Shown in pieces: positions 35,124 through 64,000 of a stretch of DNA of 64,000 nt. Numbering within the stretch: the first letter of the stretch is position 1; every line of letters starts with the position of its first letter. The translations under genes were made by a program, and so were the position numbers. Source of the stretch: Phyllobates terribilis (taxonomy: Eukaryota); contig NW_027362771.1 of the NCBI RefSeq assembly GCF_046119375.1, positions 488,808,001 to 488,872,000 on the forward strand, given 5' to 3'. The notes under the pieces were generated by a model, which saw only the letters and a list, made by a program, of their open reading frames with translations, did no database searches and was not told the DNA's origin.

Positions 35124-38100
35124 ATATAAAAGCTTGTGTCTCGTGTTAGCTCACACACACCCCGCAGTCCCTCCTGATTACAGGATCGTAGACCAAGCTT
35201 CCTTGTTTATAGGGGTTTTCCTACAAAGTTAATTTTAATTAACATTTTAATCAATAGATCTTTGAATAATAAGTTCCACAATTGGATGTGTTTTAAAAAA
35301 AAAAAGAATGTTCCTGTTCTGAGATAATCTTATAAATGTGCCCCTGCTGTCTACTGTGTAATGGCTGTGTCTGACCGTGCAGGAACATGGTCTGATCATA
35401 CCACAGCTACTGGGCAGGGGAGGAAGAAAAAGAGGATATAGACATTACCGTATGGGATCACAGCTCATTTTTTTCTACATTCATTAAAAACAGGCAGTGA
35501 AATGTTTTGCCTCACAAAAAAGTGGGGCTGGGGGTAAGCTTCCGCAGTATACTTTAGACCAGTGGCCTGATCCAGCCCTTACCATGATCCTAGTCCCTTT
35601 ATCTACTCCTGGACCATGTCTTTACTTTAACACGCTCTGGTAAAACAATTGATTAAGGTTTTTGCCTCCCGTCTTTCAATGCGATTTTGACCTCCACATT
35701 TATTAATTTTTTTTTTTTTTTAAAGTCAATTCATCAATGTGATTACGGAAATGAAAGAAATTAGCCTAAATCTATTAGGTATTAAAGCTTTATCCTCATT
35801 GTATGAAGTGATGGCAGATCACTAGCATATGCCCTTACTTTTTATCGTTGGAGGTCGTCCAACCACTCTGCTCTGGGGCCACCATGGTCTTGAGAAAGAA
35901 TGGTTTTGCAGCAGTGTTGGTGGGACACATTCACCGGTTTCCGATGACTGCTGCAGTCAAGTCCCAGAGACATTTAGGGGAGGATGCGGTACTACAGCAG
36001 CGATGCGCCCTCTTTACTCTCTGGATTGGACAAATTGGCCCCTTCCTGAAATTTTTTTGACGTTTTCGGTGTGGTAAAAGTAAAAAAGGTCCTATACGCA
36101 AAGAACTTGGACTTTAATTGAAGTAGTTGTCAAGGCATACTTTTCTACAGCAGAAAAAAGCCACAGAAATCCCTTTGCAACTAATGTAAAGAGTGGTCAC
36201 ATGGAGCAGGCACAAGCATCTAATGCTAGCGAGCGATTGAAGCAAGCAATGGTTGCTGCTGTTTAACCACTTAGATGCCAATGACCACTGTAGCTATAAA
36301 GTGGTTCCATTCGAGGCCGGAGCACTTATTTGCACTTCACCATCCCCTCCCTATACGACCATTCCAGGGCACAGATGGGTTACGATGGCAGGCAGGGGCC
36401 ACAATCTTTGTACTTCTCTGAAGCCCCAGCCACATCTTGTGGAACCACCATAAATGTCTGAGATGGCAATAACCCTTTCAGGCTGGGACTCTGCACCAAT
36501 CATTGCACTTTGTGGTTGTGGTAAATCTTAGTGCAAGATCACAAGATGTCACAGATAATGTTAAGCATATGAACCGATGTGTTAATGCTGTTTCATTCAC
36601 AGGCATATAGGATTGCTGATCCCTGAAACTTCATGAACATAAAAAAATAGATTGAATCAGGGCCCAGATCTAACAATATTATCTATGTACATTAGGTCTA
36701 CATCCCCTGGCTGGAGTGGATGGGGTACTGGCAGATCCATCACAGAATGAGTCTTTAGTGGGAACCTGTCATCTGATTGATGCAGCCTAAACCACAGGCA
36801 CCCTGAATCGGAGCCAAGCTGTGATATTCCAGCTGCGTATGTTTTTGGCTAGGGCTACACAGCGACATTGCACCTAGATCAGGAAACTCCATTCACTGCT
36901 CATGAAGTCTGCACATGCTCAGTAGAAGCTGCAGCAAGTCTAGTACTACAGTATTATAGCGCACGTCTTCTAGCAGCACGTTCACATGTATTTACAGTTT
37001 CTAACAATCTGCTTGTAAGAATATTATACCTATGGTAGGACATGGTGGATATGCAAGATTTCAGGAAGGTCTTGGCTGTCAGTCACAATGCTGGGGGAGG
37101 AGATGAAACTGAATATTGTTGAAGCACAAGCCTGCATCGCCCCTGATTGTGATTTACATAATACACCAATAAACATTTAAAAGGAACCTGTGAGGTCCGA
37201 TAACCACTGGAGAAAAAACATATTTGCAGATGGCAGCTTTACAATACAGCTTTTGAAGTTCCAATATAATATTCCTGTGTTTTATAAAAGCTAATTTATA
37301 CTGTAGCTTGTTGCATGTAAATGAGCCAGAACTAGACAAGTGGGATGTTGCATCCCCCCAGACTAGTCCTCTAATCATGCTCTTCTTGCATACAATCTAC
37401 TCCATGGCAGGCTGTGGTCTTACCATTAAATTGGGTGTGATTGCCATCCTTTATCCAATCCATTTCACAGAAGGACTACTGCCACTTTGTGCACAAGATT
37501 TTCATCAGTCATTCCTGAAGCAGATTGTATGGAAGATGTCAACGCCAGGAGGTGGAGACTAGATTGTAGTGAGGACTAGTCTGGGGGAAACTACATCCTA
37601 CTGGACTAGTCCTGGCTCATGATAAGCTGCAGAGTAAAAGTGCTTTTAAATTGGAACGTCAAAGGCTTTAAATTAGGGCTAAATGACGACTTTGGCCCCG
37701 TCACAGTAAAGATCGGTCTGTGCTGCTGCTGCTATATCGCTGCGTAATGCAGGTGAAAGGGGTCATTGTGACCCCTAGAGTAATGTGGCCATGACAAGCA
37801 AGTTGGAAAATCAGTTTGTTTGTCAATGTAGCTAAAGGGGTCGAATGCAACTTCATTCACTTGCATTCTGCGGTGATGTAGCACCTGCATAGAGCGATCT
37901 TTGGCCGCACGACCTGTGTTGCCAAAGTCACCGTGTAGCCACAGTATTGATGTAACGCTGATCTGAGCACATATATAAAATTATAATAGCTGTTTGCAAC
38001 AGGGGACGTAACTTGAGTGATGAATACCAGAAGGCGTCACAACAATCCAACCAGAGCAGAGAAGTGTACAAAGGGTTATGCACAAGTTTGGAAGTTATCT

Positions 38101-38458
38101 CAGATTCACAGGAGAGTGGATAACTTGCTGATCCCTGGAGGTTTGAACTCTACCGATCCCTAAAAAACTGGCTCTGAATAGCCCCATGTGGACCACTGTT
38201 GCTCAATTCAGTCTTGATGAGACCGCCGGAGATGGCTGAGGCTGCACTCGAATGGCCTTCAGTACTCCCATTAAGAATGAATAGAACAGCAGTGATCCTG
38301 ATTGACCACAGCTCCATTCACACAAGGAAGAGCCCCGGTTCTCAGGATTGGTGGGGGGTCCCAGCAGTTGGACTCGCAGAGATCGGGAAGTAATTCTCTA
38401 TCCCATGGATAACTTCCAGATTTGAAAATACTCCTTTAATGAACCTTACACTGTAGCA

Positions 38459-39743
38459 CATACATGTCAAACTCTCGCCCGTGGGCCAAATCTGGCCCAC
38501 AGGGTGGTTTTATTTGGCCTGCGACACCATAACCACCACCCCTATGTGGGGATCATTATACTGTATGGCGGACTATGTGGGGACCATTATTCTGTATGGA
38601 GGACTATGCGGGGCCATTATTCTGTATGGAGGAATATGTGGGGGCCATTATTTTGCTTGGAGGACCAGGTGGGGCCCATTATTCTGTATGGGGGATTATG
38701 TGAGGCCCATTATTCTGTATGGTATGGAAGACAATGTGGGACCCACTATTCTGTATGGAGGACTATGTGAGGCCCATTATACTGTATGGAGGACTATGTG
38801 GGGCCCATTATTCTGTATGGAGGACTGTGTGGTGCCCATTATTCTGTATGGAGGACTGTGTGGGGCCATTATTCTGTATGGGGGACTGTGTGGGGCCCAT
38901 TATTCTGTATGGAGGACTATGTGGGACCCATTATTGTGTGTGGAGGACTTTGTGGGGCCCATTATTCTGTGTGGAGGACTATGTGGGACCCACTATTCTG
39001 TATGGAGGACTATGTGGGGCTCATTATTCTGTATGGAGGACTGTGTGAGGCCCATTATTCTGTAAGGAGGACTGTGTGGGGTCCATTATACTGTATGGAG
39101 GACTGTGTGGGGCTCATTATTCTGTATGGAGGACTATGTGAGGCTCATTATTCTGTATGGAGGACTGTGTGGGGCCCATTATTCTGTATGGAGGACTGTG
39201 GGGTCCATTAAACTGTATGGAGGACTGTGTGGGGCACTTTATTCTGTATGGAGGGCTGTGTGGGGCCCATTATTCTGTATGGAGGACTATGTGGGGCTCA
39301 TTATTCTGTATGGAGGACTGTGTGGGGCCCATTATTCTGTATTGGAGGACTATGTGGGGCTCATTATTCTGTATGGAGGACTGTGTGGGGCCCATTATTC
39401 TGTATGGAGGACTGTGTGGGGTCCATTATACTGTATGGAGGACTGTGTGGGGCCCATTATTCTGTATTGGAGGACTATGTGGGGCTCATTATTCTGTATG
39501 GAGGACTGTGTGGGGCCCATTATTCTGTATGGAGGACTGTGTGGGGTCCATTATACTGTATTGAGGACTGTGTGGGGCACATTGTTCTGTATGGAGGACT
39601 GCGTGGGGCACATTATTCTGTATGGAGCCCATTATTCTGTATGGAGGACTGTGTGAGACCCATTATCCTGTATACTGGTTGGCCCGTGACTTTGTCCAAG
39701 TTTTTTATTTTGGCCCTCTGTGAATTTGAGGTTGATATCCTTG
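38459..39743. mobile_element. Non-autonomous hAT element with internal 31-bp minisatellite
   Basis: Degenerate TIRs catacatgtcaaactc / gaggttgatatccttg; 8-bp TSD ctgtagca (38451-58) vs ctgtagga (39744-51); array of cccattattctgtatggaggactgtgtgggg at about 38550-39665. Confidence 0.8.
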
Positions 39744-40057
39744 CTGTAGGACAATTGGTTGGCATGGCTCTACCGGCTGGTTCCTCTTGTGATATTGCAT
39801 TGGGATCTAATGTGATAAACAGATTTTTAATCACGTTGTATAAAACCTACTTTTAAGCTAGAAACAAAAACCTTTTTTGATACCAGATTTTGGTTCTGAT
39901 GCGATGAAATTGCTGTCCTTCATTACACGTGAATCCACAGCTTTGAGCTTCCATTGACCGTGGATATGACTGGACTAGGCCCTGGGTGATGTCTGTGTCT
40001 TGTATCTGAGCAGGCTTCACTGCAGGGCAAGCTGCTGTCAAATTTGGGAAAAGTCTT

Positions 40058-40257
40058 TGAACTTTGCTCTCAGGAAAGGGCTGAGTCATCCTGACCCTGG
40101 TTTTGATTAGTGACATCCCGGTGGGTGTATTAGCTCCTCTAGGCCGGATTGGTTAGTGAGGAGGAGGAGGTCTACAAGTGCTGAGCCTCCCTCTCCTGAC
40201 ACATCTGGAGCTGAGGAGCACACACAATCTGAGGCCACACTCCTGGCTCTGTTCACA
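40058..40257 (+). promoter_or_regulatory. FAH proximal promoter / 5' UTR
   Basis: HNF4-like TGAACTTTGCTC 40058-40069, AP-1 TGAGTCA 40082-40088, reverse CCAAT about 40148; motif matches only. Confidence 0.45.
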
Positions 40258-56106
<15,849 letters not shown>

Positions 56107-56373
56107 TGAGTTGACGTTAACCCTGTGTGTATAGTCCATTGTTTTATTCTAAGCAGAGAACCAATGTGTGGTCAAAGTCTCCGAGCCGGTACTACGCAGA
56201 TATATACCGGAATGGAAGTGACAATACATAAATCAGAATCAATTAGTCTTGGAAGATAATTTTCATAACCTTCAAGGGTATATTCATCAGCCGTAAGGCT
56301 ATGCGACTGGTGCAGTTCTTTTAGGGTGCTTTTTTTTTTTTTTTTTATATGTAATCTTATTTTTCCCTTGCTA

Positions 56374-57112
56374 CGACCCCAATTCCAAAATAAATTGGGA
56401 CTCCGTGTAAAATGTAAAGAAACCAAGAAGGAAATGAATTGGAAATCTTATAGCCATATTTTATTCACAACAGAACATAGAACACAGATCAGACTTTGAA
56501 CATTAGACATTTTCTATTTCATTTGAAAAATTAACACCTCTAGAAATTGGCAGTAACACGTCTCAAAAAGGTGGTGACGGCCATGTCTACCATTGTGTAG
56601 CATTCCCTCTTCACTTTACAACAGTCTGTAAACATCTGGGAAGTGAGGAGACCATTTGCTGGAGTTTTGGGAGAGAAATGTTGTCTAATTTTTAACTATT
56701 GGATTCTAGCTTCTCCACCTTCTGGGTCTTTGCCGGATTTTTCATTTCATAATGTGCCAAATGTTTCCAATTGGTGAAAAACTGGCCACCTGCAGTCCAG
56801 ACCTATTACCCAAACTCTTCTTTTGTGAAGCCATGCTGTTGTGATTGATACAGTATGTGTATTAACATTGTCTTGCTGAAATATACTGCCTTCCCTGAAA
56901 TAGACATTGTCTGGATGGGATCCCTGGATGCTAATGCCATAGGCACTATTACAACCCCATAACATAAGAGATGATCCTTCTCCTCTTGAGCCCGCAGGAT
57001 ACGGTGTCCGTGATTTCCATAAAGAATTTACAATTTAGATTCATTATTTTGTCTGTCCATTTTAAATGAGCTTTGGCCCAGAGAAGGCAGCAGCGTTTCT
57101 GCATTGTGTTGA
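56374..57112 (-). mobile_element. Tc1-like transposon (family A), degraded and interrupted at 57113
   Basis: TA|cgaccccaattccaaaa...ttgggac TIR; minus-strand remnants IFQQDNVNTH and RCCLLWAKAHLKWT. Confidence 0.75.
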
Positions 57113-57114
57113 TA

Positions 57115-58712
57115 CAGTGAAGGAAATAAGTATTTGATCCCTTGCTGTTTTTGTAAGTTTGCCCACTGACCAAGACATGAACAGTCTATAATTGTAAGGG
57201 TAGGTTAATTTTAACATTCAGAGATAGAATATCCAAAAAAAAAAATCAAGAAAATCACATTGTGATTTAAAAATGATCAGCCACGACCCATTTTTAATGT
57301 CCTGGCGGAGGGAAGGAGGTTGTCACTCAGGATTTTACCGCACATGACTCCATCCATTCTCCCATTGATGCGGTGAAGTAGTCCTGTGCCCTTAGCAGAG
57401 AAAGACCCCCAAAACATAATGTTTCCACCTCCATGCTTGACAGTGGGGACGGTGTTCTTTGGGTCATGGGCAGCATTTCTCTTCCTCCAAACACTGTGAG
57501 TTGAGTTAATGCCAAAGAGCTCAATTTTTGTCTCCTCTGACCACAGCACCTTCTCCCAATAATTCACTGAATCGTCCAGGTGTTCATTGGCAAACTTCAG
57601 ACGGGCCTGCACATGTGCCTTCTTGAGCAGGGGGACTTTGCGGGTGTGGCGCCCCTGCGGTCCGGCAGCCACAATGGTATCGCCTCCCTAACCGGGGGTG
57701 ATATCATGTCTGGAGGTAAATGGAGCTCCCTACATCAGGTAACCACGCATTCAGACACAGGTCTGATCCCTGACCAGAAGTGGGAGCACCAGCACCTAGT
57801 TTTGGGGAGTGTTGACTTTTTCTGGCTGGGGGGAGGAGAGATGGAGCAGTGAAGGGAGAAGAAGCTGGAGGAGACAAGATCTCTGGGGGTCAGAGTGTTT
57901 GGGAAGCCTCATGCTGAGAGGAGGACACCAGAGTCCTGGGCTATTCAGGGAATTGCAAGCCCTGTTAGCCAAGTCTGGAGACCAGGGGAGTACATGCCTG
58001 CTGGTCACACGTGTAGGCTCAGAAGCACGACAGTATAGAGAGCCTGGAGCTGTAAGAAACAGGACAGCACCCCTGATAGGCTCGCTACGCCTGCTGGTTG
58101 GGAAAACTACAGAGAAGGGAGCACAGAGAGGAACAGATCAGCTCACAAGCATCTGAGAATCAAAATATAAAGGGCAGAAGGAAGGCATACTGATCCCACC
58201 TGGTGGAGTGGACTCCAGCTGCTTCCAGGCTGGCTGGACCCTGGACCTAGTGACAGTACCCCTGGAATCAACTTGCCATCAATCATCAGTAAAGGTAAAG
58301 ACTGAATTAATTTGCCTCTTTGCTTCTTTCTCCTGCACTGCTCATTGCAACCCCAATCACTCCAGGGGCCCGCTCCGTCTGAGGGGAGTGATCGACCTTG
58401 CTGCATTACCATCTATCCCCTGGGGACCCCATATGCAGCACTGGCCATCCCTGGCCAGATACCTGTGCTGGCATCCCGGATCATCCATAAACTATAATTC
58501 ACTTCCCCTGTCTGGGCCCCGGGACTGGGCAATCGCCAGTTTGATACCCCCGTCGGACAGTCTGCCCGGTTACCGAGTACCCCGGCCGACACGACTGCGG
58601 CACGGGCACTGCAGGATTTTAAACCTTTAAGGCGTAATGTGTTACCAATGGTTTTCTTGGTGACTGTGGTCCCAGCTGCCTGGAGATCATTAAGAAGTCG
58701 TCCCCCCCGTGT

Positions 58713-58713
<1 letters not shown>
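57115..58713 (-). mobile_element. Tc1-like transposon (family B) inserted at a TA in family A; itself interrupted
   Basis: TA|cagtgaaggaaataagtatttgatcc TIR; [22 protein letters not shown]...[11 protein letters not shown]...[11 protein letters not shown]; resumes at 58607 (TTVTKKTIGNTLR). Confidence 0.85.
57645..58602. mobile_element. Solo LTR (958 bp)
   Basis: TG...CA termini, perfect 4-bp TSD CGGG (57641-44 and 58603-06); Tc1 sequence rejoins across it. Confidence 0.8.
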
Positions 58714-58746
<33 letters not shown>

Positions 58747-61700
58747 GAATCAGATAAATTTTTATTCATTTAAAGATAAAATAATGAAATACAACTTCAG
58801 TACAATAATTTTCCATTTTCTTATTATCAAAAAGAATCCCTCCCTCAACCCCCCTCCCCTTTTACGGACAACAATAAACCTTTATTGTTATATAAAATAT
58901 GGTTCAATATCACAAAAAACATTTATAACCATTGCAATGCATTTTATAGTGTAATCACCGGGTTCTTCCCTCCAAAAGCATTAATCACACCTTCCATGGT
59001 GCCCATAGGTTGTCACTGAGTTTGGCATTTTTCCTTTTTAAATAAATTTTCTCCTCCATCCGCACCACATAATCCACCTGCCTTATGTACTCCTCTCTAG
59101 AGGGAGGCTCCGTTCGCACCCAATACCTAGCTATTACCTTTCTAGCTGCATATAAGAGTCTGGCAATTGCCAGTTTTGCGACATCATTCCCCACAAGTTC
59201 CTCCACATATCCCAGCAAGCAAACCACTGGATCTCTAGGAATTATACAATGATAACGTCCTTCAATTAGGGCAGCTACTTCAGACCAATAGTTTGCAAGC
59301 TTTGGGCAACTCCACATAACATGTAGTACACCAGCAACTTCTGACCCACATCTCGGGCAATCCGAATTCTCCCGTACCCCTATTCTGAGCAAAAAATTAG
59401 GCGATCTATATGCTCTATGAATAAGACATTCTGGCAGGTTCATTTAGAGACCACTTGGGGATATATTCCAACATGGACTCCCACTTGTCATCTTCAATGG
59501 TACCAACATCTGCTTCCCACTTTTCCTTCGCCAAAACAGGATAGTTCAATAGAAAGGTGTGAAGCAGATCAGCATACACCTTAGATATGACGCCTGTTGT
59601 ACACCCCCCCCCCCCCATACAAATATAATCAACTAGCTATTGAACCCGTTCTACGCCCGGGTGGCGAGCATTTTTATTGGTATATGGTCTCCCATGCGGG
59701 TATGTGCTGCCCCCCTCCTGTCCTCACCCCCCAATCCTGGTATGCGTGGCACCCCTCACCCCCCCCCCAATCCCGGTATGCGTGGCACCCCTCACCCCCC
59801 CCAATCCTGGTATGTGTGGTACCCCTCACCCCCCAATCCTGGTATGTGTGGTACTCCTCACCCCCCAATCCTGATATATGCATGGTCCCCTCTCCCCACA
59901 ATCCTGTTATGTGTGGCCCCCTTATCCCTTTCACACTGTACACACATACAAAAAAAATAAACAGTTATACTCGCCTTTCTTCTCTGTACTCCAGCGCTGC
60001 TGTGTCCTCTTCTGCCGGAGGCCGGGGGAGGAGTGCGGCGCCGGAGCACCGTGCTGTCCGGCGCCATTTTGCTGAAGACACACTGTAAATGTGTCTTCAG
60101 TAAAATGGCGCCGGATAGCGCAATGCGCACGCGCTGGACCGACGCCTTCACTCCGCCCCCGGTCTCCAGCGAAGAGAGGCGCCGCGGCAACACTCCTACC
60201 GGTCAGGTAAGTATGGCGCCGGAGATGTCGGTATGCGTTCAGTGTCTACGCATACCGCACGATCTCCGGCGCCATACACCTCCTCTTACCTGTAACGGCT
60301 GGATGCCTGCTTCTGTCTGGAGCCAGACTGCGCGTCACGCATGCGCAGTCTATCGAGGCTTCGGACAGAGACGCGCATCCCCGGTTATATTATAGATAAC
60401 GATATCCTTTTGAACAGATAGGTTTCTAATTTTCCTTTGCTTAATAAACGCATGCTTAACCTGTGTATACTGATAGCTCTGTCGTCTAATAAGTGAAATT
60501 CCTCTTTCAGCATCTCTAAGGTTTTGATTATCCATCAGTTGGTAGATGTATTGTATACCCCTTGCCACCCATCCTCTCAGCTCTCCTATTTTATAAAATT
60601 CGCCTAAGTTTTCATTATCCCAAATAGGAGTATACATAGACATTCCCACTATGCCTCTAATCTTCTTCACCCTCGTCCACAATTTATGGACTAGGCCACA
60701 GGTCGGGTATGACCTGCCCATCTTCCCAAAAAATCCTGACTCTAGGCCCACTACCAGTGGACTTTTTTTAAGATGAAATTCCAAAACCGCCTGGATAGTC
60801 CCCTCTAATATGCTGGGACTGTGCTGCCAAAAAATATATCCACGGGTTTGGTAGGGCGAGACCCCCTTCCTCTTTCGGCTTCTGGAGAGTCTCCAGCTTA
60901 ATCCTAGGTTGTCCTCCACCCCAGACCAGATCCCTAAATATTGCATTAATGCGCTGGAACACCGGCTGAGGAATCCACACGGGGGAGTTATATAAGACAT
61001 ATATAACAATTTAGGCATCAGCACCATTTTAAGAAGATTGGTGCGTCCCACCACCGAGAGGCGCATTTTGCTCCATGTAGATGCTTTATCTTTTAATTTC
61101 CCAAGTATCGGGTATACATTCAACTGAAGGTACTCTTTTACTGGTAATGTTATTATAATTCCAAGATACTTAAATTCTCGTACTAACTTAAGTTGTGTAC
61201 GCTCCACCTGTTCAACATCCAAGCCATCCAGGGTATCTATTTCCATAATATGAGATTTATCCCAATTAATTTGTAGCCCAGATAACAGGCCAAATCTATT
61301 GATGATAGCTATTGCACCATGTAATGACGTCTGAGGGTCCTGTAAGAGTAATAAAATATCATCTGCGTACAACGCTATCTTCTCCTCAACCATTCCATAC
61401 CGAAATCCCTTTACCACGTCTGACTGTCTCATTACAGAAGCCAGCGGCTCTATGGCCAGGGCAAATAACAGCGGGGAAAGGGGGCAGCCCTGTCTGGTTC
61501 CTCTTGTCATATCAAATTTATCTAACCGTTCCCCATTTACTCTTACTCTGGCTACCGGGCGTGTATACAATAGCTTTACCCAGGCCATGAAAACCGGACC
61601 AAATCCCATCACTTGGAGAACATGCCACTCCACACTATCAAAGGCTTTCCATGTGTCCAATGAGACCACAACTCTATGCCCAGCATTGTCAGCGGCTAAT

Positions 61701-64000
61701 TGCATGTTAAAGAATAGTCGCCTCAAGTTAATGGCCATTGATCTATCTGGCATAAAACCTGACTGATCTGAGTGTATAACACTAGAAACTACACGGCTTG
61801 GTCGGTTAGACAATACTTTAACTAAGATTTTAATATCAGCCGGTAGTAGGGATATGGGTCTATCCGAATCTGGCTGTGTCTGGTCCTTATCCGCCTTGGG
61901 CAAAACCACCACCATAGCCTTCCGCATTGACTCCGGTAATTCTCCCACCTCCAGGGCCGCCAAAAACACATCTTTCAATTTTGGCAATAGTACATCTCTA
62001 AGATGTTTATAGAATTCTGTTGGTAGCGCTGCTGCTATAATAGGCAACAGGTGACCAACTTTTTCACCCTCTTCATAAAAGGCAATTTTTTGAAATTCCC
62101 TCTTCTTTTCCCCACTGGCCAGAAATATTTTATCCACCCCTTTTTGAGCTTCCTTTATGATCTGTTGCGCCTCTACTGTGGGGTTAAGCACCAATTCCTC
62201 CTCTGCTCTCTTCAGCGCAGCCAATGCCTCTTTCCTCCATTCTGCTCTGATTTTTACATCTGGAGATATCTCGGATCAGTAAACCCCTAACATATGACTT
62301 CATTGTGTCCCACACAGTTCCTATGGCTGTACTTCCCAAGTTATTCTGGAAGAATTCCTCCACTTCTCCTGCTATTTTCTGAATCTCCACCGTTTCCAGC
62401 CATACCGGGTGAACCTTCCATTCTTTCCGTCCACCGTCCCTACATATACCGGACCTCAGCTCCACCAACAAGGGACAATGATCAGAGAGTATCCTGGGTA
62501 GATATTCAATATGCATAATGTTTTGGTGAACCATCCCATTTCCCAAGGCGAAGTCTATTCTAGACATAGAGCCATGCGTCGAGGAGTAGCATGAGTATGT
62601 CTTCACTCCCATATGTCTCACTCTCCACAAATCTATCAGGCCCACCTCTGACACATACTTAGCAAAGGGTGTCTCCCCCTCTCCGTCAGTTCTTCCCCGT
62701 TGCCTACTAGTTTTGTCCCAAATTTTATTCATTATGTTGTTAACATCTCCAATCAGCAACACAGGAATCCCTGTCCAATGCCTCGTGAGCTCTATAATCT
62801 CTTGCAGTTTCGTCCCAGTATATGGCGGTGGAAAATACACTGCCACCACGCAATATAATTTGCCATAAAGTCTGCAGACTAGAAAAATGTATTGCCCATC
62901 TTTTATCTATTTTAATCTCAACCTCTTCAAACGGAGTCCCAGCATGCACCAAGATAGAAACCCCCCGTGCATATGCAGAATAGGTAGAGTGGTATGCTCT
63001 TTGAACCCATTTCCTCGCTAAAAAAAACAATTGTCACTCATCAGGTGTGTTTCCATAAGGCGGATAATGGAGGGCTCTTGAGCCATAATATTTTGGATAA
63101 TAGCAGCCCGTCTCTTACGGTCCGCCAAACCATGTACGTTCCATTTTAATACCTTAACAATACCCGCCATTGTTTATCAGATTCAACATCTGTGTATATA
63201 ACCACATCATAAAGTGCCCCCCATGCCTTCCGTTTCCACCCCCCCCCCCCATACCCCAAACCAAAACTCTTCTAACCATCCCGGTCACCCCCAATCCGCC
63301 TCCAAATTTGTTGTTCCATTCTCTCTATCCGAGAGTGGGTGAATGAAACCGGCCTATTCCACCAGATGATCCCTCCCGCCTAAACTACAGATAAACAAAG
63401 ATCCAACTGTCTTCCCCAAGGTCTCTCCCGCCTTATGAAAAACATTAGATAATGGGTATATAAACTGTATACATCACCAGTACACCGCTTCAGTCCAAAA
63501 TCAAACTTGTATCCTGCAACAAACCGTTAAATGCTGTTGAAAAAGGACAGCAAATGATAAGTATAAACACATGCACAAAACATGTATTCTGCATCTCTTC
63601 AGCTGTCCTTGTGCTCCCGCACTCTTCTAGAGTTCTTTTCAATCCAGTCCAGAGCTTCTTCTGGAGATTGCAGAAAGTGTACTCTACCCAGTGCAACCAG
63701 TCTCAGCTTAGCCGGATACATCATAGAATACGCTAGTCCCATGTCTCTCAATTTTTTTCTTTACATCTCTATAATTCATGCATAGTTTTTGCACCATGGG
63801 TGAATAGTCTGAGTACAACGAGATATCTTGTCCATCTATTGTTAACTCCTTAGTCTTTCTCGCCATACGCAGGATAGTGTCTCTGTCTCTGTAATTTAAG
63901 ATCCTAGCCAACATGGCTCGGGGAGCTGCTCCTGGAGGCTGGGGTCTCAGTGGGACTCTATGAGCTCGCTCTACAACAAAGACTTTTGATAGTTTATCAG
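58714..64000 (-). mobile_element. L1-clade LINE, decayed, antisense in FAH intron 5; 5' end beyond window
   Basis: 32-nt poly(T) 58714-45 with AATAAA on the minus strand; CPRC...HVMWSC knuckle; RT (RPISLL, GTRQGCPLSPLLF, ALYADD); EN starting MAGIVKVLKWNV at 63170; ORF1 remnant ARILNYRDRDTIL. Confidence 0.92.
59633..60377 (-). mobile_element. Non-autonomous Helitron-like insertion with minisatellite inside L1 ORF2
   Basis: Minus-strand end CTAG|T at 59633 preceded by hairpin ACCCG-N9-CGGGT (59644-62); about 31-bp cccctcaccccccaatcctggtatg units; 5' boundary approximate. Confidence 0.5.

Noticed and set aside
38481-39856. Several long ORFs (up to 209 aa) with repeating GPIILYGGLC
   Set aside because: Minisatellite translation artefacts.

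Overview
Vertebrate genomic DNA. The repeat content (DIRS, Tc1, T2/Kolobok- and Harbinger-type MITEs) and gene order suggest an anuran amphibian; the species is not determinable. Three host genes were reconstructed with GT-AG exon boundaries. MTHFS is on the minus strand (3 exons, complete, 201 aa). ZFAND6 is on the plus strand (5 coding exons, complete, about 202 aa) and sits head-to-head with MTHFS on one CpG-rich bidirectional promoter. FAH is on the plus strand (exons 1-5; the rest lies beyond the window). Introns are packed with transposable elements: a decayed DIRS tyrosine-recombinase retrotransposon, a Gmr1-like Ty3/Gypsy element (SCAN-like gag, integrase before RT), an apparently intact full-length CR1 LINE with two identical 127-bp 5' monomers, a hAT element with an internal minisatellite, many MITEs, and a nested Tc1/Tc1/solo-LTR/L1/Helitron-like stack. 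The best leads are a triplicated DR4 nuclear-receptor element in FAH intron 3, TE-supplied splice sites in all three genes (including an in-frame FAH exon1-CR1 ORF1 fusion), and the direct MTHFS-ZFAND6 junction with no BCL2A1 between them. Family assignments come from recognising motifs by eye; no database search was run.
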